Origin: Pseudomonadota bacterium
GTDB lineage: Bacteria; Myxococcota; JACRCW01; JAFGSX01
Length of the DNA: 64,000 nt
NCBI GenBank assembly: GCA_043821645.1
Contig: JBDRCO010000113.1
Span: forward strand, 1-64,000
Reading direction: 5' to 3'
A program made the position numbers and the translations under genes. The notes under the pieces are model-generated. The model made no database searches. It was given only the letters and a program-made list of their open reading frames with translations, and was not told the DNA's origin. Below, piece by piece: positions 51,564-62,323 of this stretch. How positions within the stretch are numbered: position 1 is the first letter of the stretch; the number at the start of each line of letters is the position of its first letter.

Positions 51564-52877
51564 TCATGACGAGGCGGCGGTACCCGCCACCCATCCGGTG
51601 AGGGCGCACAACCCGAGCCCTGCACCGTGAACCAGGCGGTCGTTACCCGCGATCACGGCCCCGGCCGCGAACAGCCCTGGATGCACCGGACGAATGCCAC
51701 TGGCGTCGAGGGGGCGCAGGGACTCGTCGACGAGCAGGCCCGCCCGCCACAGCGGACTCCCCTGACGCCCGGGGCCATGAACCAGGTCCGCCACCCGGGG
51801 ACGGACCAGCCGTGCGCCATCGGCAAACAACGGCGCCCCGCTGAGAACCTCACAACAAGAAGACAGGGCCGCGGCCGGCGCGGAGGTCCAGGACCCGGTC
51901 GCCAGTATCACCCGGCGGCAGTGCAGGGCCGAGCTAACGTGAGGGGCGGCGAACTCAACCCGGAGCACCGCGGGATCGTCGACGTGAATGCGCCCGATGC
52001 GCTGGCGTGCGACCTCCACCCGCGCGCGGCACAGACCGTTCTCGATCGCGCGAACCAGGCGAAGTCCAGGGACCGAGGGCAGGCCACCGCGCAGCTCGGC
52101 CACCGGGAGGCCGGCCAGGGCCTGCAGACGGAACAGCATCTCGCGATGGCGCTGCAGGCCGATCAGGGGCGGCATCAGCAGGCCATCGAGCTCGCTGCCG
52201 TGGCGCATGCTATCGAGGATGCAGCGCGCCAGGGAGTCCAGGGCAGGCTCGTCGTCGAGCCAGCGGGCAGCCTCCACCGGAGACAGGTGCTGGTCGCGGC
52301 CGCGGCGAAAGTAGGCGACGGTCAAGGGGTAGAGCTGCACCGGGTGCATCCCGGACGCGTGCTGGCGCAACACCGCTGCGGCGCCGCGGCCCTCGTGCGC
52401 ACCCAGCCCCGGAAAATCGACCAGTCCCCAGCGCTCGTCGCGAAGGGATCGGAGGTCCCCGCGCACCTGGGCGCGCGGAGCCCGATCTGCCAGCTGAACT
52501 CTGCCATCGACGTCCGCCAGCAGCAGGCCACACTGCGGTGGGTTCGCCCCCACCAGCTCGATGTCCAGCAGAAGGTCGGCGAGCAGGCCCAAGGCCTCGT
52601 TGAGGTGCTCGCGGCCATGGACACCGATCCGGGCATAGGGGTGCCAGGGTGCGAGGTGGGCCAGCTCGGCCACCCGCTCGGCCAGGAGGACCGTCGACGG
52701 ATCGGCGGCGCCGTCGTGCAGAGCGCCAGCCACGGCGATGCTTCCGGAGCTCATGCCGGTGTGCGACGCACCCGCGTGGCAGACCAGAACGCGCGCACCA
52801 CCGCGGGCGGCCACAGCGGCGGCCACGGCTCCGGCAATCCCGCTGCCGATCACCAGCACGTCGACGTGCGTCGTCAC
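51564..52877 (-). CDS. GlpB-like FAD-binding protein
   Basis: VIGSGIAG, SSGSI, PSVPGLRL, ILATG, LFAAGAVIAG; coupled to the glpA-like gene. Confidence 0.7.
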   Translation of the reverse strand: MTTHVDVLVIGSGIAGAVAAAVAARGGARVLVCHAGASHTGMSSGSIAVAGALHDGAADPSTVLLAERVAELAHLAPWHPYARIGVHGREHLNEALGLLADLLLDIELVGANPPQCGLLLADVDGRVQLADRAPRAQVRGDLRSLRDERWGLVDFPGLGAHEGRGAAAVLRQHASGMHPVQLYPLTVAYFRRGRDQHLSPVEAARWLDDEPALDSLARCILDSMRHGSELDGLLMPPLIGLQRHREMLFRLQALAGLPVAELRGGLPSVPGLRLVRAIENGLCRARVEVARQRIGRIHVDDPAVLRVEFAAPHVSSALHCRRVILATGSWTSAPAAALSSCCEVLSGAPLFADGARLVRPRVADLVHGPGRQGSPLWRAGLLVDESLRPLDASGIRPVHPGLFAAGAVIAGNDRLVHGAGLGLCALTGWVAGTAASS

Positions 52878-54493
52878 TTCGGCTCCCCTGTGGTCTCCGG
52901 ATCCGCCTCCCCGGAGGGCTCAGAGATGACGCCGGCCCAGCCCAGATTCAGGGACTCCACCTGGGTGTCCGTCAGGTGCGGGCCGAGCTCGACGACACGC
53001 TGCCGCAACACCTCGGCCAGCTCCTGCTGCATCTCCACCACCGACCGCTCGCCGACCGCACGCCAGATCCGGGCACAGCGATCCAGGCAGCGCGCACCCA
53101 GGCACGCGCCATGCCCTGCCTCGGTCCGCCGCAACAGATCGGCCAGGTGGTTCACGTGCTCGTGGTCCGCCGCGTGGCGCAGCTCGGCCAGGGTGATCCC
53201 GGCACAGCGGCACACCAGCGTGGCACCCCGGTCCAGGCCCTCGGTCTGCTGCAACAGATCGTGGGTCGCGCTGCCATGGCGCTGCACGAGGCCCTCGATG
53301 GTATCGGCAGCCACCGGGTATTGCTCGACCCAGCGCTCCTCGTCGCACCGCCCGCGACCTCCAGGCAATGGCGACACCTGGGTCGTGCAGGCCCTCGCCT
53401 GGGGGAACCCGGCCGCGATGCGATCCACCACGCGCTGGGCAACCCAGCGCTGCTCGAGCGCAAGACCACCGACGACACTGAGCATCCCAGCACAGCCATG
53501 GTCCGCGTGGTCGACGATGCGGGGCGCGCGCGCTGCAGCTGGCCGCAGGTCCTCGGTCTTGCCCAGCCTGGCCTGCGCCGCGACGCGAAGGCTGATCACG
53601 GGTGCCTCGCGTGCGGCAGGTATCCACCGGCTCGCCGCGTGGCGGAGCTGCCGCATCTCGTCAGGTGTGACCGGCGCGTGCAGGCCGGCACTGCGCGCGA
53701 CCTGCGCCAGTGGACCCAGCCAGCTCGCGCGTGGGGTGGGAAGCAGGCGCAGGCCACCTCCCAGATCGACGGCGCAGTGGCTCAGACGACGGTCCAGGCA
53801 CGCGAAGATCCTGGGCACGACCCGCAGGGGCAGTCGGTGGCCGAGCTGTTCCGCGAGCAACTGGAGCCCGGCCCCCGTGGCATTGACCACAACGCTGGCG
53901 CGGAGAGCTTCGGTACGGCCCGTGCGCTGCTCGACAGCGACGAGGCCGACGACACGCGCGCCTTCACGAATCACATCTGTGGCGCGCCAGCCCACACAGA
54001 GGCGGGCGCCATGGTCCTCGGCATCGCGGGCATTGAGGACAGCCAGACGCTGTGGCAGCACGCTCCAGCTGGCGGTGACCAGCACCCCACCGCCGACCGT
54101 CAGGGCGGGTTCCAGCAGCGTGCGTGTCGATGCGTCGACGACACGCCAGGGCTCGTGGGCCGTGCCGCTCTCCAGCACCTGGGAGGCAGTCGCGCATCGC
54201 GCGGCACCCAGCAATCCGCCGTTGACCTCGGCGAGCCACAGCAGGTGACGCCTCTGGACCAGGGTCCCACCGATCGTGCGCAGCGCCTCGAGCTCACGCT
54301 GGAGGCGGCGGCGCCTGGGCCTCTCGCAGCCCAGGGGACCACCGTCGAGGAGTTCGGGCACCTGACCACTTGCGCCGGCACCCAGATCCTTGTGCTCGAC
54401 GAGGACGGTGTGAAGTCCGCGCAGCGCCGCGTCGCGGGCGATGGCCGTGCCTGTCAGCCCACCCCCGACGATGATGACATCCAGCTCCGGCAC
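52874..54493 (-). CDS. Divergent GlpA-like FAD oxidoreductase with BFD-like [2Fe-2S] tail
   Basis: IIVGGGLTGTAIARDAALRGL, VVNATG, C-terminal CRC...GACLGARC. Confidence 0.75.
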   Translation of the reverse strand: MPELDVIIVGGGLTGTAIARDAALRGLHTVLVEHKDLGAGASGQVPELLDGGPLGCERPRRRRLQRELEALRTIGGTLVQRRHLLWLAEVNGGLLGAARCATASQVLESGTAHEPWRVVDASTRTLLEPALTVGGGVLVTASWSVLPQRLAVLNARDAEDHGARLCVGWRATDVIREGARVVGLVAVEQRTGRTEALRASVVVNATGAGLQLLAEQLGHRLPLRVVPRIFACLDRRLSHCAVDLGGGLRLLPTPRASWLGPLAQVARSAGLHAPVTPDEMRQLRHAASRWIPAAREAPVISLRVAAQARLGKTEDLRPAAARAPRIVDHADHGCAGMLSVVGGLALEQRWVAQRVVDRIAAGFPQARACTTQVSPLPGGRGRCDEERWVEQYPVAADTIEGLVQRHGSATHDLLQQTEGLDRGATLVCRCAGITLAELRHAADHEHVNHLADLLRRTEAGHGACLGARCLDRCARIWRAVGERSVVEMQQELAEVLRQRVVELGPHLTDTQVESLNLGWAGVISEPSGEADPETTGEPK

Positions 54494-54512
54494 TCCGGCC
54501 CCCGCGTCGCTG

Positions 54513-56321
<1,809 letters not shown>

Positions 56322-56378
56322 GAGCGTTCTCCGTCGAGAAGAGAAGGCGAGCACGCTAGCAGCGTGGCCTCTGGCGGG

Positions 56379-57719
56379 TCAAGATGACGCTCCTCGCCGT
56401 CGGGACGGAGCGTCGCGAAAGGCGCTGGGACGCAGGTCCCAGGGCAGCAGACGGAGCACGATGGGCAGCAGCAAGGCCCCGCCGGGGAGTGCAAACAGGG
56501 CCAAGGACGGGACCGCGCGGACGATATCCAGCAACTGCTCCCGCACGCGGGCGCGCTCGCTGTCGTCCAGGCTGTGCCCGCCAGCAGCCCGGGTCAGCAA
56601 GGTCGCAAGCTCCCCGGTCTGGCGGATCTCCGTGACCAGGGCGTCGAGGTTGCGCTGAACCAGGCCCACCACTCGCTTCTGAACCAGGCCACCAAGCCGG
56701 CCGTAATACTGCGTCTCGGTGAACAGATCGAACAGGTCGCGGTGCGCTTCAACGAAGCGCCGCACGCGGACCTCGATACGGCGGAGCTGCAGATCCGGGA
56801 CCTCGAGCTGGGCGGCCAGCTGATCGACGAAGCGACGCTCGTCACGATCGATGTGGCCATCGATGACCGCGGCCAGGAGCACCTGTTCGAGCAGGTAGCC
56901 CACGGAGCGTCGACCCTCGACCATGTCCGCGACCTGTGATGCCGTCAGAGGCTGCTCGAGCAAGCGCTTCAACGCGCGCACCTGGCCACGTGAGAAACCG
57001 CAGCCACCGAGCTGACCGGCAGCCATGCGCCTGGCTTCGGGAGGCAGTCCCTGCCCTCCCGCCACCAGGGCACCCAGGGAGGCCACCAGCATGTAGCGTT
57101 CGCGCTGAAAGAAAGCCCTCAGCTTGCTCAACACCTCGAGATCGACACCGCCACTTGCAGCCACCGCCAGCGTGATGCGCCCGACCAGGCGCGCGTCGCT
57201 GTAAAGCAAGCCGTTGCGCAGGGGCAAGCCGAGCAGAGGGTTGCCCACGGCGTACTGGCGCGCTGCCAGCATACTCTCGAGGGTGGAGCGGATGCGGGTG
57301 AGCTGGCGCCGCGTCAAGGAATGTCCCTGGCAAACCTGGAACAGCTGCACGGCCATCGCGTCCTGCTCGACCAGCAGTGCCAGGCAGCACAGCAACCAGG
57401 CCTCAACCTGCTCGGTGCGCACGCGACTGGACGAGACAGCCTCGATCTCGATGATGAGGTCGCACCAGATCGCCAGGAAGGGCTCGAAGGCTTCTTTCCA
57501 GGCTCCGGACTCCACCGCGTTGAGGAGTTCAGGGCGGGCCAGGGGCAGCCCGTAGGCCACGCCACGGCGATGCAGGCTCCAGAAGATCCAGCGCTTGGCA
57601 GCCCCCTTGCGGTCCGTCGTCCAGGGTCGCAGGATGCGCCCTACCCTCCACTCGACGGCGGCAACGTCGTGCGCACCAACATAGCGCTGGAGGAATCTCT
57701 CGAGCCATCCGCGCTGCAT
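56379..57719 (-). CDS. TerB-like / LETM1-related protein
   Basis: IDGHIDRDERRF (TerB-like); EQLLDIVRAVPSLALFALPGG.LLLP...PSAF (LETM1-like C-terminus). Confidence 0.65.
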   Translation of the reverse strand: MQRGWLERFLQRYVGAHDVAAVEWRVGRILRPWTTDRKGAAKRWIFWSLHRRGVAYGLPLARPELLNAVESGAWKEAFEPFLAIWCDLIIEIEAVSSSRVRTEQVEAWLLCCLALLVEQDAMAVQLFQVCQGHSLTRRQLTRIRSTLESMLAARQYAVGNPLLGLPLRNGLLYSDARLVGRITLAVAASGGVDLEVLSKLRAFFQRERYMLVASLGALVAGGQGLPPEARRMAAGQLGGCGFSRGQVRALKRLLEQPLTASQVADMVEGRRSVGYLLEQVLLAAVIDGHIDRDERRFVDQLAAQLEVPDLQLRRIEVRVRRFVEAHRDLFDLFTETQYYGRLGGLVQKRVVGLVQRNLDALVTEIRQTGELATLLTRAAGGHSLDDSERARVREQLLDIVRAVPSLALFALPGGALLLPIVLRLLPWDLRPSAFRDAPSRRRGASS

Positions 57720-57943
57720 CGTCGAGCGCCTCGCTTAAGGGAACCGGTCGTGCCACCCGCAGCCCGTCGAACAGGGTCCCGGCGACAGAGACCGCAGGAA
57801 GCAGGGCTCGGCGCGGTGGCACGCCCACGTCGAGCGGCCACCTCCGAACCTCGCGACCATAGCGCAGCCGGTCAAAGTCGGCGAGTCACATCGCAGCCCA
57901 GCAGGTGCTTGACCAGCCACGAGGCAGGGCGAAAGATGACGCG

Positions 57944-59779
57944 ATGACAGGACGGTCACTCGTCATGCGCCTGGCGCTGACCGCGGGAGCGGTGATCCTG
58001 CTCCTGCTGGTGCTGGCTGCCATCGTGCTGTGGCCCCTGCAGCGGCGCGCCGTGGAACCCATGGTGCGGGCGCACCTCCGGACCCTGACCGACAGAGTTG
58101 CGGCAAGCTACGACAGCTTCGACGAGGCCTCCCGTCTGCACCCCGTGGGCGACCTTCTCCTCGACGTGACCAGGCTGGACTTCGTGGTCGGTGCTCTGAT
58201 CCAGACTGCCAGCGGCACCGCGTCGCACCGCAGCGGCGAGATCCCTGCCGAGGGGAAGCGCTGGATCCATCTGCAACGTCCCTTGCCTCGCCGCGCCGGC
58301 TGCGCCCGTTGCCACCGCGAGCCCATCGAGTCGCTGGGCAGTGTGTTGCTGGTCGGGGACCTGGAGCGCGCCGCGGCACCCGTGCTCGACGCGCACCGGG
58401 TCTCGATGCTGGTCCTCGCCTTCGTGGTCCTGGGCGCGCTGCTCATCGTGGCCGTGGCGGCGCGACGTCTGATCACGCGACCGCTGTTACAGCTGGTTGA
58501 CACCATGAGCCGGGCCAAGGAGGGCGACTTCCTGGTGCGAGCCCCGACCGATCGTGACGACGAGATCGGGCACGTCGCCCGGACCTTCAACACCATGCTC
58601 GCCGCGATCACCGATCTGCAAGCCTCGCGCATCGAGCAGGCCCAGGACCTGGCCGTCGCCCAGCATGAACTCGCACTTCGCCAGCAGCTCGAGGAACGCA
58701 ATCGGGTCATCGCCGAGACCAACGCCAGCCTGCAGCGCAAGGTGGACGAGCTGACCCTGCTCACGGATCTGACCCGGGCCGTGACCTCGACCCTGGAGCT
58801 GAAAGCCGTACTAGATGAGGTGTGCCGGCGCGCCGGGACCTTCATGGGTGTCGACGAGGCCGTGGCATTGCTCAACGAAGATCAGCGGCAACGCGTGCGC
58901 GTGATCTCGATGCACGGGGTCCCTGCCTCGGTGGACCTGCGGGACCTGACCTTCAAGCACGGCGACGGAATCACCGGCCGTGTGGCTCTCTCCGGACGCA
59001 CCATCCTGGTCAGGGATACCACCGCGGACCCGCGCTACTTGCACTACAAGGGGCAGCGTCCCGTCGACGGGTCCTTCCTCTCCGTGCCCATGCTGGCCAA
59101 GGGCCGGGTGCTCGGAGTGCTCGACTTCTTCCGGGCTCAGGTCGACGCCTTTGATGAACGATCCATCACCTTGCTCACCGCGGTGGCCGGCCAGGCCGCC
59201 CTCGCGGTGGAAAACGCTCGGCTGTACCAGATGCAGACTGAGCTGGCCCTGACCGATGCCCTGACCAGCCTGCACAACAGGCGGGCGCTGGATCAGCGCC
59301 TCGAAGACGAGGTGCACCGCGCGTCGCGCTTTGGCAATGCCCTGTCCGCCCTGATGATCGACGTCGATCACTTCAAGGATTTCAATGACCAGCACGGGCA
59401 TCTGGTGGGTGACCTCGTGCTGCGCCAGGTGGCGCGCGTGCTGCGACGGCAAGTGCGGAAGGTCGACACCATTGCGCGCTTCGGCGGCGAGGAATTCTGC
59501 GTGCTGCTGGTGCGGACCCCGCTGGCTGATGCCCTCGACGTGGCCGAGAAGCTTCGCCAGACCGTCGCCGACAGGCGTTTCTCCAGGCTTCGCCGGGACG
59601 CCAAGCTCCAGGTCACGGTCAGCATTGGTGTGGCCGAACTCGGCGCCGAGATGAGAGGCCCCCAGGAACTCCTGGATGCGGCCGACGGCGCGCTCTATGA
59701 CGCCAAGCACGGCGGACGCAACCGCGTCTGCGTGTGGCAGGGTGCGGCCGGTGCCTCGACGACGATTCCCCAGAAGTGA
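57944..59779 (+). CDS. Membrane diguanylate cyclase (periplasmic CxxCH, HAMP, GAF, GGEEF)
   Basis: CARCH between TM segments; HAMP; GAF; DVDHFK.FND.HGH, RKVD I-site, GGEEF. Confidence 0.92.
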   Translation: MTGRSLVMRLALTAGAVILLLLVLAAIVLWPLQRRAVEPMVRAHLRTLTDRVAASYDSFDEASRLHPVGDLLLDVTRLDFVVGALIQTASGTASHRSGEIPAEGKRWIHLQRPLPRRAGCARCHREPIESLGSVLLVGDLERAAAPVLDAHRVSMLVLAFVVLGALLIVAVAARRLITRPLLQLVDTMSRAKEGDFLVRAPTDRDDEIGHVARTFNTMLAAITDLQASRIEQAQDLAVAQHELALRQQLEERNRVIAETNASLQRKVDELTLLTDLTRAVTSTLELKAVLDEVCRRAGTFMGVDEAVALLNEDQRQRVRVISMHGVPASVDLRDLTFKHGDGITGRVALSGRTILVRDTTADPRYLHYKGQRPVDGSFLSVPMLAKGRVLGVLDFFRAQVDAFDERSITLLTAVAGQAALAVENARLYQMQTELALTDALTSLHNRRALDQRLEDEVHRASRFGNALSALMIDVDHFKDFNDQHGHLVGDLVLRQVARVLRRQVRKVDTIARFGGEEFCVLLVRTPLADALDVAEKLRQTVADRRFSRLRRDAKLQVTVSIGVAELGAEMRGPQELLDAADGALYDAKHGGRNRVCVWQGAAGASTTIPQK

Positions 59780-59787
59780 CGGGATGC

Positions 59788-60756
59788 TCAGGATGTGGTG
59801 GCCGCGTCCGTCCCGCGACGGAAGGAGTCCGGCACACACAGAACCTGCTGACTCCTGAGCACGCGGACCGCCTGTCCGCAGTTGCTCCCGATCTGGTCCT
59901 CGCGAGGGTCTCCGACGCTGAGGATCACGTCAAAGCCGCCCGCCCGCAGGCGCTGCACCGCCACATCGACCTGGTCCCGTGCCCCAGCTCGCAGCACCGT
60001 GTGCAGCGCATGCGCATCGCCGCGGGCCGTCGGGTTGAGCGGTGTGAGCTTGATCGTGAAGAGGAGGGGATCGAAGCGGCACAGCAGGACCGCGGGATCG
60101 AAGGGCACACCCTCGGCGAGGGCAAAGTTGAGCACGACGCGACGATCCCCCGCCACGACGAAGCGCTCGCCGTAGTCCGCGATGGCGTCGGGACCCCAGT
60201 GCGGCACCGGGATGAGTTGACGTCGCAGCGCGTCATCGGTGGTGTTGAGCGAGAACTGGAGCTGGAAACGCCCGCGGTACAACGCCCGCTTGACGTCGAG
60301 AAGTGCATCGAAGAAGCGCTCCTGCCCTCGCGGAGCCACGGTCGCCAGGCAGGCCCACAGGCCCGGGCTTTGCACCACCTGCGGCAGCTGCCACAGGGCC
60401 TCGATGACGGCGTCGTTGTAGGCCGGCTCCCCCATGCGCGCGAAGTGGATTTTGAGCTTGCGACAGCTCGCCGCCTGGTCCGGGTGCTGCGACAGCACCC
60501 AGCGCACCTGGGCCAGCAGCTCGGCTGCACTGAGGTGACCCTGAAAGTCGCCACCCGCGTCGCAGTAAGGGCAGCCGACGGGGCAGCCGATCTGGGTCGA
60601 GATGTTGACGATCCACTTGTCGAGCCGAGGCCGTGGCGGATCGAGTCCATCCACCATCTCGACGAGCAGGCGCGGGTCCTGGCGTAACCTGGCCACATGC
60701 ACCACCGCGACCTCGGGCATCCCGTGGCTGCCCACCACCTCGAGGAGCTCACTCAT
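59788..60756 (-). CDS. RlmN/Cfr-related radical SAM protein (atypical)
   Basis: STQIGCPVGCPYC, RMGEP, SNCGQ. Confidence 0.85.
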   Translation of the reverse strand: MSELLEVVGSHGMPEVAVVHVARLRQDPRLLVEMVDGLDPPRPRLDKWIVNISTQIGCPVGCPYCDAGGDFQGHLSAAELLAQVRWVLSQHPDQAASCRKLKIHFARMGEPAYNDAVIEALWQLPQVVQSPGLWACLATVAPRGQERFFDALLDVKRALYRGRFQLQFSLNTTDDALRRQLIPVPHWGPDAIADYGERFVVAGDRRVVLNFALAEGVPFDPAVLLCRFDPLLFTIKLTPLNPTARGDAHALHTVLRAGARDQVDVAVQRLRAGGFDVILSVGDPREDQIGSNCGQAVRVLRSQQVLCVPDSFRRGTDAATTS

Positions 60757-61667
60757 GCGCGCCCACCTCCTCCGATCCGTGTCGCAAGATAACCGTGTGC
60801 CAGGCAGGCGGCGTGCACACCATCGCCGAGAGCGGGTGCGATGTAGCGCTGGCTGTCCCGGGTCAGGTCACCGGCAAGATACAGCCCAGGCACGGGCTGC
60901 AGACGCTGCAGAGGTCGATCCCCGGGCAGCCCTAGCCCCCGCAGCAGCTGGGTCTCGGGTTCGCGCCCGATGCAGGCGACGACGTGGGCGACTTCGACCT
61001 GTGTGCGGGGCGCGGCCTCCCCACCAAGAATGGCAAGCAGGCCCTCGCGGGTGGGCTCGCAGCGGCGGGCGGTCAGCCCCGGCCAGATCTCGACGCCAGA
61101 CGCCCGTGCTTCATGCAGCAGGGCTGGACGAGCGCGGAATCGGTCCCCTCGCAGCGCGACAGCCACGCGAGCGCCTCGGTCCGCCAGGGACAGCGCCGTA
61201 TCCAGGGCGACCTCGCCACCTCCGAGCACCAGGATCCGCTTGCCTTCCGGGAGATCCAGCAAGGTGCGCAGATCGCGGTGTGCGAGCCCGCGTTCGGTGC
61301 AACGATCCCAGCCCTCGACGTCGACAGTCCGTGGTCGAGTGCCACTGGCCAGCACCACGGCGTGAGCGACGATGGTGCCGTGATCCTGCTCGGCAACGAA
61401 CTCCTGGTCGCGGCGCGTGAGGGAGCGGACACGGCCCGCGATGGACGTGATGCCAGCCTGCCCGAGCTGTGTCTGCAGCCGCTGCCCCAGACCGATGCCA
61501 CTGATACGAGGCAAGCCCGGAAGGTTGTCGATGCGCCTGGCCGCCCGGGCAAGTCCTCCCGCGGGTTCATCCGCGACCAGGGTGATCTCGATTCCGAGGG
61601 CCGCGGCCTGTAGTGCCGCCGCCACGCCCGCGGGTCCCGCGCCGATGACGAGCAGGGCGGTTCGCAT
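60753..61667 (-). CDS. NAD(P)/FAD-dependent oxidoreductase, TrxR fold without CxxC
   Basis: IGAGPAG, NLPG, LASG, GGGEVALD, GLYLAGD; ATG at 61667. Confidence 0.85.
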   Translation of the reverse strand: MRTALLVIGAGPAGVAAALQAAALGIEITLVADEPAGGLARAARRIDNLPGLPRISGIGLGQRLQTQLGQAGITSIAGRVRSLTRRDQEFVAEQDHGTIVAHAVVLASGTRPRTVDVEGWDRCTERGLAHRDLRTLLDLPEGKRILVLGGGEVALDTALSLADRGARVAVALRGDRFRARPALLHEARASGVEIWPGLTARRCEPTREGLLAILGGEAAPRTQVEVAHVVACIGREPETQLLRGLGLPGDRPLQRLQPVPGLYLAGDLTRDSQRYIAPALGDGVHAACLAHGYLATRIGGGGRA

Positions 61668-62323
61668 CAGTGCTGCCACCCCCAGGCGTCGAGGATCTCG
61701 TCGACGGTGGCGACGTGCGCGTGCCCAGCTGCCAGCGTCTGCAGCGCGGCCAGGTGCTGCTGCGCGCTGCGGGCTGCGGTGGCGTCGATGCTGACCACGG
61801 GGACCAGGCCGACCTGTGAGGCGTCCAGGGCACTGGCGGCGATGCACAGAGGAGTCTGCACGCCCGCGAGCACTAGCGCATCGCAGCCGTCGAGGAGCGC
61901 GGGCAGTTCGGCGGCGCTGAAGATGCTGTGTCGGCACTTGTCGACGACGGGGCCTGTGGACCAGAGATCCTCGAGCGCCGGATCCAGGGCAGCCAGGACC
62001 TCACCCGCGCGAGGCAAGCGGTCGAAGAAGCGCCCCATCAGACCCCCCACGTCGTCGTCGGGATGCACGTGGCGCGTGAAGATCACTGGACACGTGGCCC
62101 TGCGAAAAGCCGCGACCAGAGCCCGCAGCGGCAGGACACAGGCAGGCCAGTCCGGCAGGGCGGCAGGACTCGCGGGGTCGCAAAACAAGCGCTGCAGGTC
62201 CACCACCACGAGCGCGGGCCGATGCAGATCGTCAAAAGTTCGGCGTCCCCGCAGTGGTGCCAGCGCATGCAGGACCCCGGATATCCCGGCGGCGGCATGC
62301 ATCGGACGGACCCCATCCGTCAC
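61667..62323 (-). CDS. Isochorismatase-family cysteine hydrolase
   Basis: VVDLQ (Asp), VDKCRHS (Lys), GVQTPLC (Cys) triad. Confidence 0.88.
   Translation of the reverse strand: MTDGVRPMHAAAGISGVLHALAPLRGRRTFDDLHRPALVVVDLQRLFCDPASPAALPDWPACVLPLRALVAAFRRATCPVIFTRHVHPDDDVGGLMGRFFDRLPRAGEVLAALDPALEDLWSTGPVVDKCRHSIFSAAELPALLDGCDALVLAGVQTPLCIAASALDASQVGLVPVVSIDATAARSAQQHLAALQTLAAGHAHVATVDEILDAWGWQH

Noticed and set aside
51627-54248. 873-aa plus-strand ORF
   Set aside because: Antisense shadow of the glpA/glpB-like genes
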